The translations under genes and the position numbers were made by a program. Below are positions 35,988 to 45,674 of a DNA stretch of 64,000 nt, piece by piece (within the stretch, counting starts at the first letter, position 1; every line of letters starts with the position of its first letter). The stretch covers positions 46,854 through 110,853 of the forward strand of contig CAZRVD010000002.1 in NCBI GenBank assembly GCA_964603545.1, read 5' to 3'. The DNA comes from an uncultured Candidatus Saccharibacteria bacterium. GTDB taxonomy: Bacteria; Patescibacteriota; Minisyncoccia; Phycocordibacterales; DATDWN01. The notes under the pieces were generated by a model. That model saw only the letters and a list, made by a program, of their open reading frames with translations. It did not search any database and was not told the DNA's origin.

Positions 35988-36884
35988 ATGAATCCTGAAG
36001 AAAATTTAAAAAATAATACGGAGAAAAGTAAACCGGAAGAAAGAGTGCCTATTAAATCCCTACGAACTTATCAGGGGGATGTGCAAGAAGCCATAGAAAA
36101 AAACAAATATTCCTCAACAACAATTCTAGTTTCTGAGCAAAAAAGAAAACTAGAAAGTCCCATTGATCCAGAGAAAGCAAATCAAATTAATAAAAACAGA
36201 AATAAAACTTTTGTTCTGTTGGGTGTAGCTTTTATAGTGCTAGGTTTAGTTTCCATCTCAACTCTTTATTACATCAAATCAAACGAAAAAGTTAATATAG
36301 AAAAACAAACAAAAAGCATAATAACTTTTTCTGAAGAAAGAACCGTAGAGACAACAAACCAGACCAAGGAAGATTTTATAAATAAAATATTGGAAGATAA
36401 AAGTAGTTGGAATATGGCGGTTAATTCTGTCCTATATTTAAATATACTGTCAGAAACAACGGAAGCAAGAATTGAAAATGTTTTATCTCTCTTATCACCA
36501 AATATGCCGCCGTCTTTAGTAAGATCTTTTGGAGAGAAATATATGTTCGGAGTTTATTCTTTTGATACAAACGAGCCGTTTATAATTTTAAATGTTAATG
36601 ATTTTTCACTAGCTTATCCAGGAATGCTGAAATGGGAAAAAGATATGGTAACAGACTTGGGAGGTTTGTTCGGCGTAATTGATAGTGGGAACGCTAGCAC
36701 AAGTGTTCCTGTATTTACAGATGAAACTATAAAAAACAAGGACATTAGAATAGCCAAGGATTCTTCAGGAAATCCTCTCTTCCTTTACTCTTTTGTGGAC
36801 AGAAAAACACTAATAATTACCAAAAATCAAAACATCTTGTCAGCTCTGGTTGATAAATTAATCATAAACAAGCAGGTAAGATAG
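35988..36884 (+). CDS. Single-TM hypothetical protein
   Basis: LRTYQGDV, TM segment, GMLKWE; ATG 8 nt after TACAAT. Confidence 0.8.
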   Translation: MNPEENLKNNTEKSKPEERVPIKSLRTYQGDVQEAIEKNKYSSTTILVSEQKRKLESPIDPEKANQINKNRNKTFVLLGVAFIVLGLVSISTLYYIKSNEKVNIEKQTKSIITFSEERTVETTNQTKEDFINKILEDKSSWNMAVNSVLYLNILSETTEARIENVLSLLSPNMPPSLVRSFGEKYMFGVYSFDTNEPFIILNVNDFSLAYPGMLKWEKDMVTDLGGLFGVIDSGNASTSVPVFTDETIKNKDIRIAKDSSGNPLFLYSFVDRKTLIITKNQNILSALVDKLIINKQVR

Positions 36885-36922
36885 ACGATTGCATATAAGA
36901 CCATTTTTGCTACAATGGACTT

Positions 36923-37279
36923 ATGACAATAGACACAAACTACTTCAAAAGTTTACTTGCGAAAGAAGCTTCTGACCTGGAAAGCCAGTTGGCGAATTTA
37001 GGTAGAAAAAATCCAGACCGCGCTGGAGACTGGGAAACTATTAGAAAGGCAAATGGATTAGACAAGGCAGATGACTTAGAAGTTGCAGATGGAATTGAAG
37101 AGTTTGAAAACAACAACGCGGTGTTGGGACAACTAGAATTAAAATTAGTGGATGTTAAAGAAGCCTTGGCTAAAATAGAAGCAGGAACGTATGGAAATTG
37201 TGGTGTTTGTGGGAAGGAAATAGAAGAGGACAGACTAGAAGCGAACCCTTCCGCTAAAACTTGCAAATTACATATGTAA
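36923..37279 (+). CDS. TraR/DksA-family zinc-finger protein
   Basis: Coiled coil, GTYGNCGVCG..I...RLEANP.AKTC..H. Confidence 0.9.
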   Translation: MTIDTNYFKSLLAKEASDLESQLANLGRKNPDRAGDWETIRKANGLDKADDLEVADGIEEFENNNAVLGQLELKLVDVKEALAKIEAGTYGNCGVCGKEIEEDRLEANPSAKTCKLHM

Positions 37280-37298
37280 GGGTTAGAGTACCTGCCAT

Positions 37299-38846
37299 AT
37301 GGCGGTATCTAAAATATACTCAGCTCAGGCAACACTACTTTCGGCTCAAATCATAGATTTAGAGGTGGATCTCTCTCGAGGGCTCCACTCTTTTTCTATA
37401 GTAGGACTTGGGGACAAGTCCGTGGATGAGGCAAAGGACCGAGTATCATCGGCCATTAAAAACTCTGGATGGAAATCGCCGAAAAATAAAAACCAGAAAG
37501 TTGTAGTGTCTCTTGCCCCAGCAGATGTTAAAAAAGAAGGTCCAATTTTTGACCTACCTATTGCACTGGCATACCTCATTGCCTCAGAAGACATAAAAGC
37601 AGAAACGGAAAATAGACTTTTTATTGGAGAGTTATCACTAGACGGAAAGCTTCGACCAGTAAAAGGGGTCCTCCCTATAACACAAAAAGCAAAGAAAAAT
37701 GGATTTAAAGAAATATTCTTACCTGTCGAAAACGCTGAAGAAGCTGGGAATATCGAGGGTATAAAAGTTTTTGGTGCAGAAAGTTTACTTGATGTTGTTA
37801 AACATATAAATATAAAAGAAATTGAAATGGAGGGTTTTTCTAAAACTGAATTGATTGAACACATAAACAAAAAAGTAAAGAAGGTTAAAAAAGAAATAGA
37901 AATAGACTTTGCAGATATAAAAGGTCAAGAATCTGCAAAAAGGGGGCTAGAAATCGCTGCAGCTGGTGGACACAACATCATAATGTATGGACCACCGGGA
38001 ACAGGAAAGACTATGCTAGCTAAAGCATTCTCGCATTTACTACCCGATCTTTCTTTTGAAGAAAAACTGGAAGTAACTTCTATTTATTCTATTGGTGGAA
38101 TGCTTATGGATGGAATAATAAATGAGGCACCCTTTCGTTCGCCACACCACACTGCGTCATATGTATCTCTTGTTGGTGGTGGAGCAAATTTAAAACCCGG
38201 TGAAGTAACCTTGGCACATAAGGGAGTTTTGTTTATGGATGAATTTCCAGAATTTGATAAAAAAGTTTTGGAATCTTTGAGACAACCACTTGAAGATAGG
38301 GTTGTTACGGTATCTCGGGCAAAAGGTTCTGTGCGTTATCCTGCGCATTTTATACTAGTAGCAACAATGAATCCTTGTCCCTGCGGAAATTATGGAGTGA
38401 AAGGTAAGGAGTGTGTCTGCTCAGCGCCCGCAATAGAGAAATATAGAAGAAAACTTTCTGGGCCGATAATGGACAGAATTGACTTGTGGGTAGAGGTTTC
38501 AAAAGTTGAGTATGAAAAATTAACAGATGGCAGAGAACTTCACGAAGGAACAGAAAAAATAAAACCAAGAGTAGAGAAGGCTCGAAAACTCCAAGAAAAA
38601 AGATTTTCTAAACTTAAAATCAAAACAAATGCGGAGCTTTCCTCAAAAGATTTAGTGAAGACGGTTCCACTTTCAGAAAAAGTTAAAGAATTACTAAATG
38701 AATCAGCAAAAAAGTTAGATCTCTCTGCTCGTTCCTACCACCGCATTATAAAACTTGCCAGAACAATCGCCGACCTAGAAGGCGTTCCTAATATTTCCGA
38801 AAATCACATACTCGAAGCTCTACAATACAGACCTAAAAAATACTAA
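37299..38846 (+). CDS. comM: ComM/YifB Mg-chelatase-like AAA ATPase
   Basis: GELSLDG, GPPGTGKT, PFRSPHH, MNPCPCG, ARTIADL. Confidence 0.95.
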   Translation: MAVSKIYSAQATLLSAQIIDLEVDLSRGLHSFSIVGLGDKSVDEAKDRVSSAIKNSGWKSPKNKNQKVVVSLAPADVKKEGPIFDLPIALAYLIASEDIKAETENRLFIGELSLDGKLRPVKGVLPITQKAKKNGFKEIFLPVENAEEAGNIEGIKVFGAESLLDVVKHINIKEIEMEGFSKTELIEHINKKVKKVKKEIEIDFADIKGQESAKRGLEIAAAGGHNIIMYGPPGTGKTMLAKAFSHLLPDLSFEEKLEVTSIYSIGGMLMDGIINEAPFRSPHHTASYVSLVGGGANLKPGEVTLAHKGVLFMDEFPEFDKKVLESLRQPLEDRVVTVSRAKGSVRYPAHFILVATMNPCPCGNYGVKGKECVCSAPAIEKYRRKLSGPIMDRIDLWVEVSKVEYEKLTDGRELHEGTEKIKPRVEKARKLQEKRFSKLKIKTNAELSSKDLVKTVPLSEKVKELLNESAKKLDLSARSYHRIIKLARTIADLEGVPNISENHILEALQYRPKKY

Positions 38847-38916
38847 AAATTTAAAATCTGAGTGAATCCGAAATGAAAATGCTGAGTATTTCTGAGAATT
38901 TTTGTTCGAGTTGTAA

Positions 38917-39041
38917 TAAAACTTTCACAATTTGTGCTAAATCCGATGTGAGAAATTAAAAATGTGAGAAGCCTTATTAGACATAAGGTGACGAGTATTT
39001 TTAATTTTGGAACGAGGAGTTAGCCAAATTTGAAAATTTTA
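38917..39041. repeat. ERIC-like palindrome, copy E at M23 gene stop
   Basis: TAAAACTTTCA...TGAAAATTTTA; highly similar to copy A. Confidence 0.85.
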
Positions 39042-40040
39042 GAATGGGTTGCGGGCGCCACGAATCTCAAAATGTACATGCACCCCAGTACTCTTACCTG
39101 TTGATCCCATCTTTCCTATGATCTGACCTTGATTGACTCTGTCTCCAGGACTAACTGCTAAGCTACTCAAGTGTCCGTACAATGTTTGTGTACCGTTTCC
39201 ATGTTTAATAACTACATAGGTACCATAACCGCCATTCCAACCAACTCTAGCAATAATAACTTCGCCAGAAGCTGAAGCTAGAACATTCGCACCATAGCTG
39301 GATGCTAAATCTACTCCGTTATGACCATGGATACCTTGAGTTTTAATACCACCGACAATCGGTCTCATGTAATAACCGCTGTATGTTGGCCCCCCACTAG
39401 TTCCCGCACTAGTCCTTCTTGTTCCAGCTGAAACAGGGGCAGCCTCGCCATCTGGAACTACAATCACATCTCCAACAACAAGCTTGGAATTTTTGGTTAA
39501 GTTATTGTACTGCATTATTTCGTCCAAATCTCCCTTGTGCAGTTTTGCAATAGCTTGAAGGGTATCGCCCGATTTTACAACGTGTTGTACTCCTGAAATA
39601 GGTAAAATTACTAGAGTTTGCCCTAAAGTAAGTTTGTCACTTTTTAAATCATTGCCCCATTTAATAGTATTTACAGAAACTCCGAACATTTTAGCAATAA
39701 TTGGTAATGTATCTCCCTGGCGAACAACATAAACACTAATCTGCTCATCGTCTATAGTTTTGGAGTCTGCAATTGCCTGAGTTTCGGAAGAAATATAAAC
39801 ATCGTCAACAATAGAAAGCTCTCCCGTGGTAGAAGATGAGTTTTGGTTTGGAGAAAGTGTTGCCTGAAGTAGAGCAATATTCTGTGAGTTTGAAGAAACG
39901 ATCTCTTCAGCCTCTGCTTTGCTCCCCCCAGAAAAACAAGATTTTATATCAAAAATCCCACAAGCAGAAGCTGTGAGTGGAAATAGAAACAAAGACAAAA
40001 TAGCCGGATTAATGGCTAAAACAGACACTATTTTCACCAC
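39039..40040 (-). CDS. LysM-LysM-M23 peptidoglycan endopeptidase
   Basis: YVVRQGDTL, HVVKSGDTL, HNGVD, YGHL, HVHFE; start uncertain (GTG 40040 vs TTG 40136). Confidence 0.9.
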   Translation of the reverse strand: MVKIVSVLAINPAILSLFLFPLTASACGIFDIKSCFSGGSKAEAEEIVSSNSQNIALLQATLSPNQNSSSTTGELSIVDDVYISSETQAIADSKTIDDEQISVYVVRQGDTLPIIAKMFGVSVNTIKWGNDLKSDKLTLGQTLVILPISGVQHVVKSGDTLQAIAKLHKGDLDEIMQYNNLTKNSKLVVGDVIVVPDGEAAPVSAGTRRTSAGTSGGPTYSGYYMRPIVGGIKTQGIHGHNGVDLASSYGANVLASASGEVIIARVGWNGGYGTYVVIKHGNGTQTLYGHLSSLAVSPGDRVNQGQIIGKMGSTGKSTGVHVHFEIRGARNPF

Positions 40041-40314
40041 ATTCTTAGTAGATCCCACCTGACGACACTTTTTGTAAAATGTTGACGAGGTGATTTTAAG
40101 ACCTGACTGGGAATGAGGATCTTGTGTAGACCTCAAAATAAGCTAAAATTTAATTTAAATTCAGAACTCCTGTATTATTATATGGCTTAACAAAGCCATA
40201 TAATTCGGCAACATTTCCGTACTAATTTATTATATATCCTGCAAAGACCTGGTCAATAGAGGTTATGAACAGGTCACAAATCTAGGTTTTTAACAAATGC
40301 TATAATCAGACCCA

Positions 40315-42255
40315 ATGGATTATTTAAAAACTCTTAATTCCGAGCAGAAAAAAGCTGTTTTGGCGACTGAAGGACCCGTTCTCATCGTTGCAGGAGCTGG
40401 GGCGGGCAAAACAAAAACCATAACCCATCGTATTTTACACCTTATTTATAGCGGGGTAAGACCAGAAAACGTACTGGCTATTACCTTTACAAACAAAGCT
40501 GCTAGGGAAATGCGAGAGAGAGTTCTTGATTTAATGAAAATAGACCCAAAACTTTCACACTTACGAAGTGGGATACCTTTTATGAGCACTTTTCACTCAC
40601 TTGGTGTGCAAATAATAAAAGAAAACGCTGAACTTCTAAAACTGCCTAGACATTTTACTATTTTTGATACTGCCGACTCCAAAAAAGCCTTAAAAGAGTC
40701 CATAATCTCGGTTGGTGTTGACCCAAAAGAGTATTTAGATAAAGTCAGACACGTAATATCAAAGGAAAAAGGCAGAGGGGTTGATTTTTCTGAATATTCG
40801 GAGAAAGGAAGTTTTGATTTTACCTCGGAGTTAACAAAAAAGGCTTGGGAAAAATACGAGGAGACACTTAAAAGGGAAAAAGCCCTAGATTTTGATGATT
40901 TACTACTTAAAACATTAAAACTCTTAAAAAAATACCCTGATGTTTTAGAAAAGTATCAAAACCGCTTCCAATATATCCACGTAGATGAATACCAGGACAC
41001 AAACAAGGTTCAAAACGATATTGTAGAGTTTTTGACAGACAAACATCAAAACATATGCGTGGTGGGAGATACCGACCAAAATATATACAGCTGGAGAGGA
41101 GCAGAAATAAAAAACATGCTCCATTTTGAAAAGACATACCCAAACACTCAAACTTTTTTCCTTGAACAGAATTACCGTTCAACTAAAAACATTCTGGCTG
41201 TTGCAAATGAAATAATAGAAAAAAACAATTTTCGTATACCAAAAAAACTTTTTACTGAAAACAAGGATGGAGAAAAAATTTCTGTGTTTGAAGGTAGAAG
41301 TGAAGTAGATGAAGCTCAGTTTATAGCCTTAAAATCAAAAAATTTGATAGAAAGTGGAGTAAAACCTGAAGATATTGCGGTGTTATATAGAGCCAACTTC
41401 CAATCTAGGGTCTTGGAAGATGCCTTTTTAGCCTTTGGAGTAAGCTACCAGATGCTCGGAACAAAGTTTTTTGAAAGAAAAGAGGTTAAGGATGTTATTA
41501 GTTTTATAAAAGCTTCACTAAACACAGACTCCACGACCGACTTACTGCGAATTATAAATATCCCGCCCAGAGGAATAGGTAAAACAACGATTCAGAAAAT
41601 AATTGAAGGAAGAGAAGCTGAACTACCAGAAAAAACTAAAGAAAAAATTTTGGAATTTAAAAAACTTCTATCTAGAATAAAAAACGCTCTGCTTACCCAA
41701 AAAACTAGCGAGGCAGTAAAGTTTGTTATTAAAACAACTGGCATGGAAGACCTTTATAATACTGGGTTAGAAGAGGACACGGAAAGATTAGAGAACATTA
41801 TGGAACTTGTCTCTCTTGCTTCTGGTTATGATGAGAACTCCCCTGAAGATGGTGTTGAAAAATTTTTAACAGATAGTAGTTTGGCATCTGACCAAGATTC
41901 ACTGGATGGAGAAAAAAGTGGTGTAAAACTTATGACGGTACACTCTTCCAAGGGATTAGAATTCGATTATGTATTCGTATCTGGCCTGGAAGCAGATCTT
42001 TTTCCACACAGAAGAATGGGAGAAAAAAAATCTGGAGAAGACAATGAGGAAGAAAGAAGACTTTTTTATGTTGCTATAACTCGAGCAGGTAAAAAACTTT
42101 TTTTGACTTGGGCTGTCACACGTACTATATTTGGGACAAGAGAAATCAATTCTCCTTCTGAGTTCTTAGATGATATTCCAGAAAAGTACACAGAAAAAGA
42201 GTCGTATGAAGGAAGTGAAGCTCCTAGAAAACCGTTATTCAGCATAGATTTCTGA
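40315..42255 (+). CDS. pcrA: UvrD/PcrA helicase
   Basis: AGAGAGKT, TFTNKAA, DEYQD, NYRS, TVHSSKGLEF, YVAITRA. Confidence 0.95.
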   Translation: MDYLKTLNSEQKKAVLATEGPVLIVAGAGAGKTKTITHRILHLIYSGVRPENVLAITFTNKAAREMRERVLDLMKIDPKLSHLRSGIPFMSTFHSLGVQIIKENAELLKLPRHFTIFDTADSKKALKESIISVGVDPKEYLDKVRHVISKEKGRGVDFSEYSEKGSFDFTSELTKKAWEKYEETLKREKALDFDDLLLKTLKLLKKYPDVLEKYQNRFQYIHVDEYQDTNKVQNDIVEFLTDKHQNICVVGDTDQNIYSWRGAEIKNMLHFEKTYPNTQTFFLEQNYRSTKNILAVANEIIEKNNFRIPKKLFTENKDGEKISVFEGRSEVDEAQFIALKSKNLIESGVKPEDIAVLYRANFQSRVLEDAFLAFGVSYQMLGTKFFERKEVKDVISFIKASLNTDSTTDLLRIINIPPRGIGKTTIQKIIEGREAELPEKTKEKILEFKKLLSRIKNALLTQKTSEAVKFVIKTTGMEDLYNTGLEEDTERLENIMELVSLASGYDENSPEDGVEKFLTDSSLASDQDSLDGEKSGVKLMTVHSSKGLEFDYVFVSGLEADLFPHRRMGEKKSGEDNEEERRLFYVAITRAGKKLFLTWAVTRTIFGTREINSPSEFLDDIPEKYTEKESYEGSEAPRKPLFSIDF

Positions 42256-42270
42256 AATAAGCCTAAAAAC

Positions 42271-43062
42271 ATGTTAAAAAAGAAATCACTTGGTCAAAAT
42301 TTTCTAAAATCTCCTAAAGTGGTTAGTGATATTATTTCTGCTGGAAAAGTAAAGGGTAATGACACAGTACTCGAGATAGGTCCAGGTGAAGGAGTAATGA
42401 CCACCGAACTTTTAAAAACTGGAGCAAACGTGATTTGTATTGAGAAAGACGATAGATTAATACCAATACTTCAAAACAAATTTTCAAAAGAAATAGCTTT
42501 AGGACAACTTATACTTATTCACGAAGATATCTTAAAACTTAATCTCCCGAAATCCGACTTCAGTAAAAAAGGGGGATATAAAGTAGTAGCTAATATTCCT
42601 TACTACATTACAGGACAAATAATTCGAATGTTTCTAGAAAGTGAGAATAAACCGACTTCAATGACTCTACTGGTTCAAAAAGAAGTTGCGGAAAGAATTG
42701 TTGCGAGAGATAAAAAGGAAAGCTTACTCTCTCTTTCTGTAAAAGTTTTTGGTGATCCAAAAATTATAAGAGTTGTGGGTAGGGGCGCATTTAATCCAGC
42801 GCCGAATGTAGACTCAGCTGTGATAAACATAGAAAATATTTCGAAAGAAAAACTTGATAAACTTAATCCAAAATTTTTCTTTGAAGTTATTCATGCTGGA
42901 TTTGCTCATAAAAGAAAACAGCTACTGCCAAACCTCGCAAATAATTTTGAAAAAGAAAAAATCGTAAAGGCTTTTGAAGATTTGGAAATGGATTTGAAAA
43001 TACGTGCAGAAGATGTTTCATTAGAGAAATGGATAAAACTCGCCAAATTACTTACAAAATAA
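42271..43062 (+). CDS. rsmA: 16S rRNA dimethyladenosine transferase
   Basis: LGQNFL, EIGPGEG, ANIPYYIT, QKEVAER. Confidence 0.97.
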   Translation: MLKKKSLGQNFLKSPKVVSDIISAGKVKGNDTVLEIGPGEGVMTTELLKTGANVICIEKDDRLIPILQNKFSKEIALGQLILIHEDILKLNLPKSDFSKKGGYKVVANIPYYITGQIIRMFLESENKPTSMTLLVQKEVAERIVARDKKESLLSLSVKVFGDPKIIRVVGRGAFNPAPNVDSAVINIENISKEKLDKLNPKFFFEVIHAGFAHKRKQLLPNLANNFEKEKIVKAFEDLEMDLKIRAEDVSLEKWIKLAKLLTK

Positions 43063-43063
43063 T

Positions 43064-44722
43064 ATGAAAATGATAAATAAGATTTTGGATAATATAAAAA
43101 ATCAAGAAATAACCATAGCTGGATGGGTTTACAGTTTCATAGGAATACTTTTTGTGCGTTTTATATTCGAATCACTGTCGAGTCCATCAATTTCTGGGAT
43201 AATTCCTTCCGACCCTTACACTTTAGTACACATTGGTATGTATTTTCTTGCTGTCACCTTGGGAACAATATTAATTTTTGGTCACTTCACGAACGACTAC
43301 AAAAATTCTTCCAAAATAATTCTCTTTGGACTGCCTCTACTTTGGTTAGCCCCTATCATAGATATTTTAATAAGTAAGGGAGAAGGTTTTAGGATGTCTT
43401 ATGTATTTGATAGTGGCAGAGATTTAATTTTTGATTTTCTAACTTTTTTTGGACCGAACCTCACACAAGGTGCGACTGTGGGAATCCGCATTGGCATAGC
43501 ACTTTCACTTTTAGGAATTGGGTATTTGATTTGGCTTAAAAATAACAGTTGGAAGAGAACTTTGTCAGGAGTTTTCTTAATATATTTATTTGTATTTTTT
43601 ATGGCTGTTTTACCTGGATTTGTATACACACTCACACATCTTGGATATTCACCAGCACAGGGGACTGAAATAATAGATTATCTAGAGAAAAATATTTTAA
43701 AATCAACCATTTCTCACAACACATTACGAGAAGGTTTTTCATCTGTACCAACTATAAGATTTTTAGAACTTGGTTTTGACAAGCTTTTGTCACAAATTCT
43801 ATTTATCCTATCAAGCATACTTGGAATTTTACTTTTTTGGAAAATAGACCGAACAAAATTTTGGGCAGTTATAAAAAACTCACGTCCAGAAAGAATAAAC
43901 TTTTATACAGCATCACTTTTTTGTGGAATTGGATTTGCTTATATAAATAGATTGGGAAACCCTTTTGTTTGGATGGATATTTTTGGAATTGTCTGTCTAC
44001 TTATTTCTTGGACAGCACTCTGGATGCATGCTGTACACCTAAACGACGTAAATGATGTTGAGATAGACAAAATATCAAACAAGGAAAGGCCTCTCATAAA
44101 AAATGATTTGAGCGTAAGTAATATGAAAGAGACTGGTAAACTGTGGCTCTGGGTTGCTCTACTTGGTGCTTGGTCTGCCGGGTTTTATCCATTTTTCATG
44201 GCACTAGTTTACGTCGCTTGCTCATACATATATTCATCTCCTCCACTCCGGCTTAGAAGACTGCCACTGGTGCCGTCATTTCTCATAGGAGTCGCTTGTC
44301 TTGCAACCATTCTTGCTGGTTTCTTTTTTGTCTCTACAAACAAAGAGATAGAAACTTTTCCAACATTTTTGGCCGTAGGAATAGTGATTATGGTTACTTT
44401 AGCTATAAACTTTAAGGATATAAAGGACGTAGAGGGCGATAAGGCGAGTGGGATAATGACCATACCAACACTTTTTCCAAAAAAAGGAGTGAGGATTGTT
44501 GCCTTACTTTTTGCTATTAGTATTCTACTTGTGCCAGTTTTTCTGCACTTTTACCTCCTTTATATAATTTCTATACCTTGCGCTGTTATTGGATACAAAC
44601 TCGTAACGAGACAGCCTTATGTTGAAAAATATATTTTCGTTCTTCGATTCTTTTTCTTAGCAGGAATAGCTATTTCGTACCTCATAATTTTCTGGTTGGC
44701 AGATGTTTATAACTTACTCTAG
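43064..44722 (+). CDS. UbiA-family prenyltransferase with long N-terminal membrane extension
   Basis: NDVNDVEID..N..RPL, YSSPPLRL, KDIKDVEGD. Confidence 0.85.
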   Translation: MKMINKILDNIKNQEITIAGWVYSFIGILFVRFIFESLSSPSISGIIPSDPYTLVHIGMYFLAVTLGTILIFGHFTNDYKNSSKIILFGLPLLWLAPIIDILISKGEGFRMSYVFDSGRDLIFDFLTFFGPNLTQGATVGIRIGIALSLLGIGYLIWLKNNSWKRTLSGVFLIYLFVFFMAVLPGFVYTLTHLGYSPAQGTEIIDYLEKNILKSTISHNTLREGFSSVPTIRFLELGFDKLLSQILFILSSILGILLFWKIDRTKFWAVIKNSRPERINFYTASLFCGIGFAYINRLGNPFVWMDIFGIVCLLISWTALWMHAVHLNDVNDVEIDKISNKERPLIKNDLSVSNMKETGKLWLWVALLGAWSAGFYPFFMALVYVACSYIYSSPPLRLRRLPLVPSFLIGVACLATILAGFFFVSTNKEIETFPTFLAVGIVIMVTLAINFKDIKDVEGDKASGIMTIPTLFPKKGVRIVALLFAISILLVPVFLHFYLLYIISIPCAVIGYKLVTRQPYVEKYIFVLRFFFLAGIAISYLIIFWLADVYNLL

Positions 44723-44742
44723 TAGTGTGATATTATTTACGC

Positions 44743-45585
44743 ATGCCTAGTAATAGAACTCTTGCTGTTTTGGTACTCTGCCTTGGTATTGTCGTATCTG
44801 TATGGTTGTTTTCTAAAAAATCTACATTTACAAATCAAGATGTTGTATTAAAAAACACACAACCTGTCTCTGTAGATTCTATTATAAAGATAGAAGGTGA
44901 AAAAAATGATGATTGGAAAAAAATCCTCGTAAACGTTGATCCAAAAAACCAAAAGGTTATAGACCTTACAAAAAACAATACCGTTAGAGAAGACGACACG
45001 ACTCTAACAGACCAGATGTCTAGAGATTTTCTATCTCAATATCTAATGGCAGTTAAGGAAGGGATAGATGTCACCCCAGAAGTTGCCTCGCAAATAGCCC
45101 AAAACACTCTTTCCCTGCCTGGATACAAACAAGGTGCCGTTGTTTATATAAAAGAAAATCTAAGGGTGAGTACCAAAACTGACCCAGAAAGCATGAGAAT
45201 ATACAGAGAAAAAATAAACCAGGCTATGATATCAGTATATTTCAACGTAAAAGATGACCCAATAGCAATCGTGGTTAAAGCGCTTCAGGAGGAAAATGAA
45301 AACGAGTTAAAAAAATTTGACCCTATTATAACAATAAACAAAGATGCTATAAAAAGCTTGCTGGATATGGAGGTACCCCCAAGCGCCGTAAAGGTTCACT
45401 TAGACCTATTGAATACATCTTCATTAATACTTTCTGACTTAGAATCCATGAGAGTCGCTATTTCTGACCCTGTTAAAGTTTTTTCCGCTATAGGAAGTTA
45501 TTCGACGCACATAAGTAGTTTTAGTACCGCTCTCTCAAATATGAGTCTCTACCTAACAAAGAATACTCAGATCTTATTGTTTTAG
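44743..45585 (+). CDS. Membrane-anchored hypothetical protein
   Basis: N-terminal TM; first gene of a co-directional cluster. Confidence 0.8.
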   Translation: MPSNRTLAVLVLCLGIVVSVWLFSKKSTFTNQDVVLKNTQPVSVDSIIKIEGEKNDDWKKILVNVDPKNQKVIDLTKNNTVREDDTTLTDQMSRDFLSQYLMAVKEGIDVTPEVASQIAQNTLSLPGYKQGAVVYIKENLRVSTKTDPESMRIYREKINQAMISVYFNVKDDPIAIVVKALQEENENELKKFDPIITINKDAIKSLLDMEVPPSAVKVHLDLLNTSSLILSDLESMRVAISDPVKVFSAIGSYSTHISSFSTALSNMSLYLTKNTQILLF

Positions 45586-45674
45586 TTTTCAACATAATTC
45601 CTAGTTTTACAAAGCTTTCTTTAATATAATAGTATACAATTAGTGTGTAGATTTGTTTTTCTAATACATTCCTT

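Noticed and set aside
38847-38916. Possible decayed extra palindrome beside copy E
   Set aside because: Only scattered short matches and no clear terminal repeats
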